From positions 17,220 through 81,219 of the forward strand of contig NZ_JANODA010000083.1 in NCBI RefSeq assembly GCF_031412435.1: a stretch of 64,000 nucleotides of DNA, given 5' to 3'. Positions 8,074-17,586 of this stretch are shown here, in pieces. The translations under genes were made by a program, and so were the position numbers. Positions within the stretch are counted from its first letter, which is position 1. Every line of letters begins with the position of its first letter. The DNA is from Brevundimonas sp. GTDB lineage: Bacteria; Pseudomonadota; Alphaproteobacteria; Caulobacterales; Caulobacteraceae. The notes under the pieces were generated by a model. That model was not told the DNA's origin. It made no database searches and saw only the letters and a list, made by a program, of their open reading frames with translations.

Positions 8074-9134
8074 CGCGCGGCTCCCTGAAGGCGGCGAATA
8101 CGCACGACCTGGGGCCGTCGGTCGCCCAGCCTCAGCTCGGCGCGGTCGAACACCCGGTCGACGATGAAGAGCCCCCCGGCCTGGCGGTAGTTGACCATCT
8201 GCGCCTCCCCGTCCGGGGCGATCACGAACAGGGCCGGCGCCTCGTCGATCTGCAGATCGGGGTCGAAGGCGATGAAGGTGCGCAGGCCGTCGTTGAAAAC
8301 GGAGACCGGAGTCCATCGCGCCCGCCGCCCCTGGGGCTCGATCCGGTAGCGGGCGTCGAGCGGGCCCTCCGGCGTGGCGACGGGATCGGGCACACGCAGG
8401 TCCGCCGGACCTTCGACCAGGGCCGGCGCCGGTTCATCCATCGCTCCCACGTCCCAGGCGATCGCCGCATTGAAGCCGTCGGCCGCACCGCTGCGCAGAT
8501 CCAGCAGGTAGACGCGCCGGTTGGTGGTGAGGACCAGGTTGGTCTCCAGGCCGCGTTGCAGCGGCTTGAGCAGGACATGGGCGCGCCGGCCGGCCCCCTC
8601 GCCCGAGGTGGTCTCGCCGATCTGCCAGCGCACGGTGTCCCCCGCCGCCTTGGAGACCAGGGTCTCGCCGACGCCGAGCGTGAGGGTGGTGACGCGCAGC
8701 GGTGCGGTCCAGACCTCGTAAACCCGGCCCGGCGACCAGCCGAAGACCTGGACCCCGCCGACAAAGGCGTCCGACCGCGAGGCCGCCCGGGCCTCCAGGT
8801 TGGCGGCCGCGATGGCCCGCCGGCCCGAGACGCCCGGCGTCGCGGTCTCCGCGCGCCTGGCCGGAACCGAGGCGGCGGCGACCGTCTCATAGGGGACGGG
8901 TCCGCCGTTGGCGGGCCCCGCTTCAGACCCCTCCCCGACCCGCGACGCTGCGACCGCGATCTCTGTCGCGGCGGCAGCCCCGGTCTGCGACGTCCCGGGC
9001 GTCTCCGCCGGGGCCAGGGGGGCCGCCGGGACGACGGATGCGGGACCGAGGGCCGGGGCCGGGTCGCGTAACAGGGCGCAGCCGCTCAGGCCGAGGCCGG
9101 CGACGGCGAGGATCAGGAGGCGTCGGGGGTCCAT
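8070..9134 (-). CDS. trbG: TrbG / VirB9 T4SS protein (lipoprotein signal)
   Basis: MDPRRLLILAVAGLGLSGC lipobox. Conserved VirB9/CagX-type core (RVYEVWTAPLRVTTLTL...NRRVYLLDL). Confidence 0.9.
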   Translation of the reverse strand: MDPRRLLILAVAGLGLSGCALLRDPAPALGPASVVPAAPLAPAETPGTSQTGAAAATEIAVAASRVGEGSEAGPANGGPVPYETVAAASVPARRAETATPGVSGRRAIAAANLEARAASRSDAFVGGVQVFGWSPGRVYEVWTAPLRVTTLTLGVGETLVSKAAGDTVRWQIGETTSGEGAGRRAHVLLKPLQRGLETNLVLTTNRRVYLLDLRSGAADGFNAAIAWDVGAMDEPAPALVEGPADLRVPDPVATPEGPLDARYRIEPQGRRARWTPVSVFNDGLRTFIAFDPDLQIDEAPALFVIAPDGEAQMVNYRQAGGLFIVDRVFDRAELRLGDRRPQVVRIRRLQGAAR

Positions 9135-9796
9135 GAGATGTCCTCGATTTTGATGCCAAGGGGATTCTTCATCAGTTCGGCCTCGGTCCGGGGCGCCTGA
9201 CGGCCGGTCGTGATCAGGGCGCGCCAGCGTTCGACCCCGGCCTGCTGGCCGTTGACGAACCGGGTCTCGCGCCATTGCAGGTCGTAGGTGCGCCCGGTGC
9301 GGGGCACGACGTTGAGGATCTCGACGTTGACGGCCTCGCGTCCGACGTCGGCGAAAGGGTCATGGGTCTGGGCCCAGGCGTTGAGGAAGCCGGCCGCCCG
9401 GGGCGTCATCAGGTCATAGGCCCGCAGCCAGTTCTGGCGGATCACGATCGGATCGATCGACTTGGACCGGACGTCGCGGATCCACCCCGACAGCGCATGG
9501 CCGATCTGGGCCTCGGTCGGTTCGTAGCGGCCGCCGATGGCCGTGATCCTCTGGGTCTCGCCCCGGTCGGAGACCTCCACCACGAAGGGCTTGACCACGG
9601 CCCGGTCGGCCTGGACCCACCAGCCCGCGCCGAGGAAGCCGGCGAGGACGAGGTTGGCCACCGCGATCCGGCGCCAGTTGCGGGCATGGGCGAGCGACAG
9701 GCCCATGCGGTCGTCCCAGACCTGGCCCGCGCGCTGGTAGGGGGTCGCATCCGGGGCGGACGGCTGGACGCGTCGAGGGCGGAAGAAGGGATGCAT
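9113..9796 (-). CDS. trbF: TrbF / VirB8-family T4SS protein
   Basis: MHPFFRP...WRRIAVANLVLAGFLGAGWW (TM segment), followed by a VirB8/TrbF-like periplasmic domain. The position between trbL and trbG fits. Confidence 0.9.
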   Translation of the reverse strand: MHPFFRPRRVQPSAPDATPYQRAGQVWDDRMGLSLAHARNWRRIAVANLVLAGFLGAGWWVQADRAVVKPFVVEVSDRGETQRITAIGGRYEPTEAQIGHALSGWIRDVRSKSIDPIVIRQNWLRAYDLMTPRAAGFLNAWAQTHDPFADVGREAVNVEILNVVPRTGRTYDLQWRETRFVNGQQAGVERWRALITTGRQAPRTEAELMKNPLGIKIEDISWTPDAS

Positions 9797-9798
9797 GG

Positions 9799-11223
9799 TC
9801 ACTGGTCCTCTGTCCGGAGGTTGGGAGACAGGACGCCGCTGGCCTCGCCGGCGGGGAGCAGACCGCGGCCGGCGTTGGCGACGAAGAAGGCCTGGAGGGC
9901 GGCCGCTCGCCCTGCCGGTCGCGGCGCCGTCGACGGCCCGCCGGCCGCGGCGCAATGGAAGGCGCGGCGCGCCGCCTCGGCCTCGCGTCCGATCGTCCCC
10001 GGGGACCGGCCGGCCGCGGCGTCGCCGGGACCCGCGGCCGGCGCGCCGTCGCCTCCGGTATGGCCCGAAGACGGACCGGCCTCGGCCGTCGCCGTCTCCG
10101 CCGTCCAGGCGGGCGCCGGCTCGGCGACCCCGGACCCCTGCCCCCCGGAACCCGACCGGCCCAAGGGCGCGGGATTGTCGTTCGACGGGCGCGGCGACGC
10201 GGACCCGGCCGGGCCGGAGCCGGAAGGGCCGGAACCCGGCGACCAGGGTCCCGAAGGCGACGTGGGCGGACGGCCGGATCCCGCCCCCGCCGCGGCCCTG
10301 GCCGGTCCCGCCAACCGGGCGGCCGCCCCGGACACGGCGGCGCCGGCGCCCGCGACCGCACCGGCCGCCAGGGCGCCCGCGCCTGTGACCGCCAGGGTCC
10401 CGGCCAGGGCCGCGCCCGCCCCGAGCGCCGGGCCTCCCGTCACCAGGGCCGAGGCCAGGTTGGGGATGAACAGGGCCAGCATGGCCAGGAGGATGGCGGC
10501 CACCAGGATGCTTAGCGCCTCATAGATGTCCGGGTTGGACGAGGGCTGGAGCTGGTCGAAGATCGTCCGCGCGCCCGAGACCACAATGGCCAGGGCCAGG
10601 ACCTTGAGGCCCGAGGAGACGACGTAGCCGAGGGGTCGTTCGGCCAGGAAGGCGGACTTGTTCCAGATGCCGAAGGGCAGGAGGACGAAGCCGCCCAGGG
10701 TGACGATCTTGAACTCCAGCAGGGTCACGACGATCTGAAGGGCGAGCACAGCGAACGCCAGCATGATGCCGATCATGGCCAGGCCCAGGATCAGGGCGTC
10801 GGTCATGTTGCCGACGACATCGAGCGGGTTGTTCACCGGCGCCGGCGTCTCGCCGAGAGCCTTCACGATCCGCCAGCCCTGGGCCAGGATGGCGCCGGGG
10901 TTGAGGAAGTCGGCCCGGCTCAGCGAGCCGCCGCCCGCCGTCAGTCCGAGTTCGATGAAGCCGGCGTAGATCGTCTCCGACAGGGACTGCCAGTCGTTGA
11001 TCAGCCAGGCGAAGGCGCCGATCAGCAACACCTTGCCGAACCCCGAGGCCAGAACCTCCCGGTTGGGCGACATCGCCCACTGGATGCCGGTCAGGGCGAC
11101 GACCAGGGCGATCAGCAGTCCGAAGACGCCGTTGACCGAGCCCTGCAGGGCGTCGAACCCGGCCGAGATGGTGTTGGAGAACACCACCATCAGCTCGTTG
11201 GGGGTTTCCACTCCGACGGTCAT
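9799..11223 (-). CDS. trbL: TrbL / VirB6 T4SS inner-membrane protein with a Gly/Ala/Pro-rich C-terminal tail
   Basis: Polytopic membrane N-terminal two-thirds, low-complexity tail (AGAGAAVSGAAARLAGPARAAAGAGSGRPP...). The position after trbJ fits. Confidence 0.9.
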   Translation of the reverse strand: MTVGVETPNELMVVFSNTISAGFDALQGSVNGVFGLLIALVVALTGIQWAMSPNREVLASGFGKVLLIGAFAWLINDWQSLSETIYAGFIELGLTAGGGSLSRADFLNPGAILAQGWRIVKALGETPAPVNNPLDVVGNMTDALILGLAMIGIMLAFAVLALQIVVTLLEFKIVTLGGFVLLPFGIWNKSAFLAERPLGYVVSSGLKVLALAIVVSGARTIFDQLQPSSNPDIYEALSILVAAILLAMLALFIPNLASALVTGGPALGAGAALAGTLAVTGAGALAAGAVAGAGAAVSGAAARLAGPARAAAGAGSGRPPTSPSGPWSPGSGPSGSGPAGSASPRPSNDNPAPLGRSGSGGQGSGVAEPAPAWTAETATAEAGPSSGHTGGDGAPAAGPGDAAAGRSPGTIGREAEAARRAFHCAAAGGPSTAPRPAGRAAALQAFFVANAGRGLLPAGEASGVLSPNLRTEDQ

Positions 11224-11234
11224 CGACCCCCTCC

Positions 11235-11981
11235 TCAGTCCCGGGCGTGCGACAGGGGGTCGAAGACGGGCGCGGCCGGCGTCGTCCCGGGCGCCGACCA
11301 GCGCCGGCGACGGGCCTCGTCGCCGGCGGCCCGGTCGGCCGCCTCCCGCGCCGTGGTCTCGGCCAGCAGCCGGGACTGGGCGAGCATGACGGTGCGGAGC
11401 GCGGCCAGGTCCTCGGCCAGGACGGCCAGCATCTGGTTCGACGACTGGATCGCCGCCGTCTGTCCCACGGCGGCCTCGCTCGCGGACAGGGCGCCCGTGA
11501 GCCGGCCGGGGCGTCCCTGACCGAGCCGTTCGAGTTCGGCGGCGGTGCGGGCCACATCCTCGGCCGTTCGCCGGGCGGCGGCGGTGCGCGCCTCGCCCTG
11601 TTCCACGAGCCGCGCCAGGTCCGCGCCGGACAGGTCGTCCGGATAGAGGTCGGCGAACTGCCGTTCCAGGCCTTCGATCGAGGTCGCGAGTCCCCGGGCG
11701 GTGCGGGCCAGCTCGACCATGTCGCGAAGGCTCTGGCTGTTCTGGGTCAGGTGGCTGTAGGGCGATGCGGCCAGGGTCCGGGCCTCGTTGGCCAGGCTCT
11801 CCAGCTGACGGGCCGCCTGCAGCGCGTTCTCGATGTGGTTGCGGGGATCGAACACCACATGCTGGGCCGGCGCCGGCGCGGCGCCGACGAGGCCGGCGGC
11901 GACAAGCCCGGCGGCGAGGACGCGGAACGGTCTATTCGGCCGCGCGCGGCGGGGCGAAGGCGTCGAGGACGGCGTCGACAT
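11235..11981 (-). CDS. trbJ: TrbJ (VirB5-like) T4SS protein
   Basis: Signal peptide, then HVVFDPRNHIENALQAARQLESLANEARTL, the typical TrbJ N-terminus, followed by a coiled-coil-rich region. Confidence 0.85.
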   Translation of the reverse strand: MSTPSSTPSPRRARPNRPFRVLAAGLVAAGLVGAAPAPAQHVVFDPRNHIENALQAARQLESLANEARTLAASPYSHLTQNSQSLRDMVELARTARGLATSIEGLERQFADLYPDDLSGADLARLVEQGEARTAAARRTAEDVARTAAELERLGQGRPGRLTGALSASEAAVGQTAAIQSSNQMLAVLAEDLAALRTVMLAQSRLLAETTAREAADRAAGDEARRRRWSAPGTTPAAPVFDPLSHARD

Positions 11982-14355
11982 GGCGGACTCCCTTGGCTGT
12001 GAGGAACTGGCGCGCGAACCCGGTCTCTCCCGAGCGCGCGAGGATGTCGTCGATGAGGGCCTGGTCCTCCGGCGCGCCGGAGCCGCACAGCGCCAGGGCG
12101 ACCCCGGTCAGCCGGAGGTCGAAGAGCCGGCGCCCCCGGGGCTGTCTCCAGTAGTAGGCGCGCTTCGGCGTGGCGAAGGCGATCAGTTCGAGCTGGCGGC
12201 GGTTCAGCCCGAACCCCTCGTAGAGCCGCGCCGAAGACGGCTCGAGCGCCCGCGGGTTCGGCAGGAAGACCTGGGTCGGACAGCTCTCGATCAGGGTGGA
12301 GGCGATCGGCGAGGCCGCGACGTCGTCCAGGCTCTGGGTGGCGAAGATCACCGCGACACGCTTCTTGCGCAGGGTCTTGAGCCATTCGCGGATCTTCGCG
12401 GCGAAGGCGGTCTCGCCGAGGAAGAGCCAGGCCTCGTCGAGGACCAGCAGGGTCGGCCGCCCGTCGAAGCTGCGCTCGAGGTGATGGAACAGGGCCGAGA
12501 GCACCGGCGCCACGGCGGAGGGCGTCGCCATCAGGCTCTCCAGTTCGAAGGTGTCGAACCGTCCGGGCTCGGGCGTCTCCCCCTCCCCGTCCAGCAGGGC
12601 GCCGTGCGGCCCCTTCAGGGTCAGGGGCTCAAGGGCCGCCGCCACGGCGCGATCCTGCACAAGGGCGCAGAAGACCGTGAGGGTGCGCTGGCTGACGGGC
12701 GCATCGGCGAGCGCGACCAGGGCCGCCCAGATCTCCTCCCGGATCCGAGGCACGGGCTCCAGGCCCGCCAGCCGGACGCTCTCGGCGATCCATTCCGCCG
12801 CCCAGGCCCGCTCGGCCTCCTCGTCGATCCGGGCCAGGGGCTGGAGCGAGACCTTCGCCCCCGGCTCCAGGGCGCGCCACCGTCCGCCCGCCGCCAGGGT
12901 GGCGGCGCGGGCTGAACGGCCCTTGTCGAAGAAGACGACGCGGGCGTCGGGATAGCGGAACCATTGCAGGGCCAGGAAGGACAGGAGGGCGCTCTTGCCC
13001 GAGCCCGTCGGTCCCACGACCATGGCGTGGCCGACGTCGCCGACGTGGAGCACCAGCCGGAACGGCGTCGAGCCCGTGGTCCGGGCCGTGGCCAGCGGCG
13101 GTCCGTCGAGGTTGAGATCCATCGCCGGACCGGCCCAGACCGCCGAGACCGGCAACAGATCGGCCAGGTTCAGGGTCGAGACGAGCGGGCGACGAACGTC
13201 GGCATAGGGCTCGCCCGGAAGGGACCCGAGCCAGGCCTCGACCGCATTGAGATCCTCGATCCGCGCGACGAGGCCCTGGGTGTTGAGCGCCGCCTCGATG
13301 GCGCGGGCCCTGGCCGCGGCCCCGGCCTCGGTGTCGTCCAGGACGCTCACCGTCAGGGTGAGATAGCCGAAGGCGCAGGTCTCGGCGCCGAGGGCCGCCA
13401 GGGCCCCGTCGCATTCCTCGGTCTTGGACGCGGCGTCGGTGTCGAGGAGCGGGACCTCCTCGCGGGTAATGGCTTCGCGCAGCAGGACGCCGACGCCCTT
13501 GCGCTTGGCGAACCAGCGCTTCCTCAGCTTGACGATCTCGCGCTCGGCCTCCGGCTTGTCGAGGCCGATCCAGCGCGCGGTCCAGCGATAGGGGAACGGC
13601 AGGGCGCCCAGGGCGTCGAGGAGCCCGGGCCGCGTCACCGACGGCAGGCCCCGCACGGAGACCACCTTGAGCCAGCGTCCCCCAAGGCGGGGGGCGATGC
13701 CGCCGGACAGGTCGGCGTCCGCCAGCCAGGCGTCCAGGAACATCGGCGGGTCCGGGACAGAGACCGCAAAGGCGCGCGGCGAGACGCAGTCGTGCAGCCA
13801 GGTCACCAGGTCCGCGTCGTCCAGCGCCGCGATCTCGGGCAGGGCGTCCGAGAGGAGATCGAGGGTGGTCGCGGCCTCGCGGACGAAGAGGGCCAGGGCC
13901 TGGCTCCAGTCGGCGCCGTTGCGGGCCAGGCCGTCGAACAGCCAGCGCTCGATCCGGCGGGTCTCGTCGGCCGGCGGCAGCCAGGTGAGGGCCAGGCGGA
14001 AGTTGGTTTCGAAGGCCGGGTCGCCCGCCTCGAAACGGCTGCGGCGCTCCTCGTCCAGAAGCCAGGCGACATCGAGGTCGAAGCCGCTCTCCGGATAGGG
14101 GGCGGCCCCGCGTCGGCGCGCCTCCATGTGCAGGCACCAGCCGGTGCCGAGCCGCTTCAGCGCATTGTTCAGCCGGGCCCGGACCGCCATCAGCTCGTCC
14201 TCGGTCGAGGACTCGAGGTCGGGGCCGCGGAAGCGGAAGCCGGTGGTGAAGGCGCCGTCCTTGTTCAGGATGACCCCCGGGGCGACCAGGGCCGCCCAGG
14301 GCAGGTGATCGGCGAGGGCGGCCGGTCGTCTGCGATGTTCGTCGAGGAAGCGCAT
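11932..14355 (-). CDS. trbE: TrbE / VirB4 T4SS ATPase
   Basis: 807 aa from ATG 14353-14355 (MRFLDEHRRRP...). Walker A VVGPTGSGKS, Walker B LLVLDEAW. Confidence 0.95.
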   Translation of the reverse strand: MRFLDEHRRRPAALADHLPWAALVAPGVILNKDGAFTTGFRFRGPDLESSTEDELMAVRARLNNALKRLGTGWCLHMEARRRGAAPYPESGFDLDVAWLLDEERRSRFEAGDPAFETNFRLALTWLPPADETRRIERWLFDGLARNGADWSQALALFVREAATTLDLLSDALPEIAALDDADLVTWLHDCVSPRAFAVSVPDPPMFLDAWLADADLSGGIAPRLGGRWLKVVSVRGLPSVTRPGLLDALGALPFPYRWTARWIGLDKPEAEREIVKLRKRWFAKRKGVGVLLREAITREEVPLLDTDAASKTEECDGALAALGAETCAFGYLTLTVSVLDDTEAGAAARARAIEAALNTQGLVARIEDLNAVEAWLGSLPGEPYADVRRPLVSTLNLADLLPVSAVWAGPAMDLNLDGPPLATARTTGSTPFRLVLHVGDVGHAMVVGPTGSGKSALLSFLALQWFRYPDARVVFFDKGRSARAATLAAGGRWRALEPGAKVSLQPLARIDEEAERAWAAEWIAESVRLAGLEPVPRIREEIWAALVALADAPVSQRTLTVFCALVQDRAVAAALEPLTLKGPHGALLDGEGETPEPGRFDTFELESLMATPSAVAPVLSALFHHLERSFDGRPTLLVLDEAWLFLGETAFAAKIREWLKTLRKKRVAVIFATQSLDDVAASPIASTLIESCPTQVFLPNPRALEPSSARLYEGFGLNRRQLELIAFATPKRAYYWRQPRGRRLFDLRLTGVALALCGSGAPEDQALIDDILARSGETGFARQFLTAKGVRHVDAVLDAFAPPRAAE

Positions 14356-14362
14356 CCCGGCC

Positions 14363-14644
14363 TCACGCGTCCAGGTGACCCGGCAGGGCGAGGTGGCGGC
14401 GCAGGACATCGAAGAACCGCCGATCGACTTGGGCGGCCCACAGGCCGATGGCGTGGGCCGCCGCCCACCACAGCAGGCCCAGCCACCAGATGCGCAACGC
14501 CAGACCCAGGACCATGGCGATCGTGCCCATGGCGATCGCGTAATCCCTCGGCATCCCGGCCATCAGCACGGGTTCGGCCAGGGCCTGGGCGACGGGAAGA
14601 TCCCAGCCGTCCGGCCGGCCGTCCTGCGTGGACCCGGCCATCAT
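14363..14644 (-). CDS. trbD: TrbD / VirB3 T4SS protein
   Basis: 93 aa from the MMAGST... start, with two hydrophobic segments. The start overlaps the trbC stop. Canonical position between trbC and trbE. Confidence 0.8.
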   Translation of the reverse strand: MMAGSTQDGRPDGWDLPVAQALAEPVLMAGMPRDYAIAMGTIAMVLGLALRIWWLGLLWWAAAHAIGLWAAQVDRRFFDVLRRHLALPGHLDA

Positions 14645-14961
14645 CCGATCTCCGCCCCGCCGGCGAAGCCGAAGAAGTCGAGGAAGAAGGTCGAGGCGGC
14701 GAAGGCGATCGAGAGGCCGAACATGATGCCGAGGCCCCGGCGCATGGACGAGCCGTTCTCGCTCATGGCGATGCCGGCGCCGAAGACGACCACGGCCACC
14801 ACGGCTGCGGCCTGGACCACCGGGCCCGTGATGGATTCGACCACCTGCTGCAGCGGCCCCTCCCACGGCATCCCCGATCCGCCGGCCAGGGCCGGCCCGG
14901 CCATCATCAGGCCGCACGTGGTCATCGCGCCGAAGAGCCGGCGCCCCAGTAACCGTCGCAT
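14641..14961 (-). CDS. trbC: TrbC / VirB2 pilin precursor
   Basis: 106 aa with a long signal sequence ending ...GPALAGG and two TM helices (VVQAAAVVAVVVFGAGIAM; GLGIMFGLSIAFAASTFF). Confidence 0.8.
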   Translation of the reverse strand: MRRLLGRRLFGAMTTCGLMMAGPALAGGSGMPWEGPLQQVVESITGPVVQAAAVVAVVVFGAGIAMSENGSSMRRGLGIMFGLSIAFAASTFFLDFFGFAGGAEIG

Positions 14962-15507
14962 GTCAGGCTTCCTTTGTTTCAGCGCATCTCACCGCGCCTC
15001 AACACATTGCAAGCAAATATATCCACATACTGTCAACACTGTGGATCAAATATTTCTCACAACTCAATAACAACTCAAACCTGAGCTCGTTCAACTCGAA
15101 TCTCGACCCGTGGAGACTTGCTCCGGGACTTGCGGCAACTCTCGGGGAGACTTGTGACGTTCCCGTCGGATTCGCCGATGGGCAGGGGTTTGCGCCCCGT
15201 GGGAAGCCCGCGGGGTTTGACGGGAGGGTGGCGCCTGACTTTCGGAGCGGGGCGACGGCCACATTTCTGGCTGTCGCGGCGACCTGGCGCACGCGAGCGG
15301 CGCGCCCCTCCGACGGCGCGGTCATGATGAGGAAGCCGGTTTGGCGCTCTCGTATCGGGGCCAACACCGGTCCCGAAAACGGGCCAACCCTATGACGCCG
15401 TCGTCAGGTCGACGGAAGGCGGGCCTGGTCCTCGAATCCCTTTCGCTGGCGTTGAGGCGCGCTTCAGGCCTGATGCGGCGTGTCGAAGCCGGGCTGTCCC
15501 GGGCGTA

Positions 15508-16731
15508 TCAGCGGCCGTGCGCCAAAGGCGTGAGCGCCAGCAAGCGCTCGACTTCGGCTTCCACCGCGTCCGAGACCGGCAGGTGCGCGCGCTCGCGTCC
15601 CCAGACCTCTCGAAACCGTTGCACCGCCTCCGTGGCGGCATCGCGCGCCAGGGAGTCCGGTATACCGGCGCGGGCGGCCATGTAGACGAGCTCATCCATC
15701 GTAAACTCGGCCATTCGTTTCGTGCGGGCGTACTTCAGCGCCATGCTGTCGTCGGGGATGTAGACCGTGGTCGACAGGAAGTCGTAGCCGGGCGACAGCT
15801 GAGGCGTTCGCCCGTCCGGATAGATGAGCGACCAGTTCTTCAGATGCATGTCGGCATTGCCGATCAGGGTGTTGAAGACCAGCCGCCGGATGAGTTCGCG
15901 CACGCCGGTTTCGCCGGTCTCCAGCCACAGCACCTTGGCGAGGTAGCGGTAAGACCCCTTGTCGTACTTCTCCCCGGGATAGACGCCGAAGACCTGGGCG
16001 AAATCCTCGACATGGATCAGGCCGCCGTCCTGCCGACGATCGAACCGCCGGATCGCGAAGGCCTCTTCCTCGATCTTCCCGATGCCGTCCGGCAGACCTT
16101 CGATCTGATCGAGAGGGACGAGCTCCACATCCGGGATGTCCATGCCCATCGCGCTTGCCAGCCTCATCATCGAGAATTCATTGGCGGCCACGCCGCGATA
16201 GAGGGCGGAAGGCAGTTTGATGATCCAGTCCCCGCCTCGTCCGCTGCCCGGGATGGTCAGGCCGCCGTGGGCCTTCTCCAGGGCTGAAAACTTGAGCTGG
16301 ACGCCCGCCAGTGAGAAGCGAAGGGGACCGTCGCGCGCCGCGCCGTCGCCGGCCGGTTCGGGATCTTCACCCTCATCCGCTCGCGCCTCGCCGAACGGCC
16401 GCACCGTGACGGCTCCAGGAAGGTCCGGCCCCAGCACTTCGAGCAGGGGATATTCGCGCATCGGTTTGATGCCGGCCCGCTTGGCCAGATAGTCGCGCAG
16501 CACGCCCTCGGGCAGCAGGTTGGAAAAGAAGGGGATCAATCGCGTCTGGGTCGGACGATGGTCGCGAAGAAGGCCGCCCTGTTCGCCCTTGAACGACAGG
16601 CTGAGGGTCGGACGATCTTGATCCTCCGCATAGTCGTCATCGAAAGAGAAGATCGACTGATCACCGCCCAGGGCGTTGATCACCCCGACCCTGCGGTCAT
16701 TGAGGAAGACTTCCAGCGCATCTGCGGTCAT
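15508..16731 (-). CDS. hipA: HipA-family Ser/Thr kinase toxin (type II TA)
   Basis: HipA N-terminal couple domain (EVFLNDRRVGVI...LPEG) and kinase core with LIGNADMHLKNWSL (catalytic loop) and PGYDFLST (Mg-binding DF). Confidence 0.85.
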   Translation of the reverse strand: MTADALEVFLNDRRVGVINALGGDQSIFSFDDDYAEDQDRPTLSLSFKGEQGGLLRDHRPTQTRLIPFFSNLLPEGVLRDYLAKRAGIKPMREYPLLEVLGPDLPGAVTVRPFGEARADEGEDPEPAGDGAARDGPLRFSLAGVQLKFSALEKAHGGLTIPGSGRGGDWIIKLPSALYRGVAANEFSMMRLASAMGMDIPDVELVPLDQIEGLPDGIGKIEEEAFAIRRFDRRQDGGLIHVEDFAQVFGVYPGEKYDKGSYRYLAKVLWLETGETGVRELIRRLVFNTLIGNADMHLKNWSLIYPDGRTPQLSPGYDFLSTTVYIPDDSMALKYARTKRMAEFTMDELVYMAARAGIPDSLARDAATEAVQRFREVWGRERAHLPVSDAVEAEVERLLALTPLAHGR

Positions 16732-16733
16732 CG

Positions 16734-17354
16734 CTAGTCCTCGTCATCCAGGCTGTAGGCGGGACGTTCCGCGTGCGGGCGATGCAGGAGGCTGTTGCGG
16801 AGGGCTTTCAGCCAGACGGCGGCGTCGCGATAGGCCTGGGCGTGGCGGGGTCGCTCGGCGAGCGGATAGGTCAGGATGCCCTGAAGGTTGACCCTGAGGC
16901 GTTCCAGGTCGGCGAGGAGGTTGGGTCCCCGCAAAGCGGTCGCCAGCGGCTCCAGATCCCGAAGGCTGGTTGCGATCGAGGCAAGGTCCTCTCGTTCCGG
17001 AAATATCGCCCGGGCCTCTTCCGCCAGGCGGCGGAGCGTCGTCAGAAGCGTCCTGAGCGTTCGTTCCTCCGAACGTTCCTCGGCGGAACGAACGGCGGCC
17101 TCGACCGCCACGAGCGCCGACCGGGGGACGAGTTGGAGATCGAGATCAAGCGAGCGCGCCAACTGGAGCATGGTCGAGAGTTGGGGATCCGCTTCACCGT
17201 TCTCGATGCGAGAAATCTGGGCCTGGGTCAGGTTGGCGCGCGCGCTGAGGTCCCGTTGGCTCCAGCCTTTGGCGACACGCGCTTGCCGGACGATGTCCGT
17301 AAGCGGTTCAAGTCCATACTTTTTCGATATCTTGTTCTGCATCATTTTCGCCAT
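16734..17354 (-). CDS. XRE-family HTH protein, HipB-like antitoxin candidate with a ~130-aa C-terminal extension
   Basis: ...ARVAKGWSQRDLSARANLTQAQISRIENGEADPQLSTMLQLARSL is a Cro/C1 HTH. The stop is 2 nt from the hipA start. Confidence 0.7.
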   Translation of the reverse strand: MAKMMQNKISKKYGLEPLTDIVRQARVAKGWSQRDLSARANLTQAQISRIENGEADPQLSTMLQLARSLDLDLQLVPRSALVAVEAAVRSAEERSEERTLRTLLTTLRRLAEEARAIFPEREDLASIATSLRDLEPLATALRGPNLLADLERLRVNLQGILTYPLAERPRHAQAYRDAAVWLKALRNSLLHRPHAERPAYSLDDED

Positions 17355-17586
17355 TCTGATGCAGAGTTATATATCAGCTCCTAACAGGCGTCGAGACGCT
17401 GACACATAGAAATATATCACGCCTGGATCTTGATGTTCCATAAAATATCGGGCGTCCGCACTCCTGTTAAGCAGTTCTCACTCCCGAGCCTCAACCCCGC
17501 TCACATTCGCAGCATCATAGGGAACCAGACGAGCGGTTTCGTTTGTCCATGATGCACCAGATTATTCCTGACGGGGGGTCCCAGGC

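Noticed and set aside
9799-10400. Highly repetitive Gly/Ala/Pro-coding stretch that might be a tandem repeat or a separate gene.
   Set aside because: It is in frame with, and continuous with, the TrbL membrane domain. Low-complexity C-terminal tails are common in TrbL/VirB6 proteins. No exact nucleotide repeat unit was visible.
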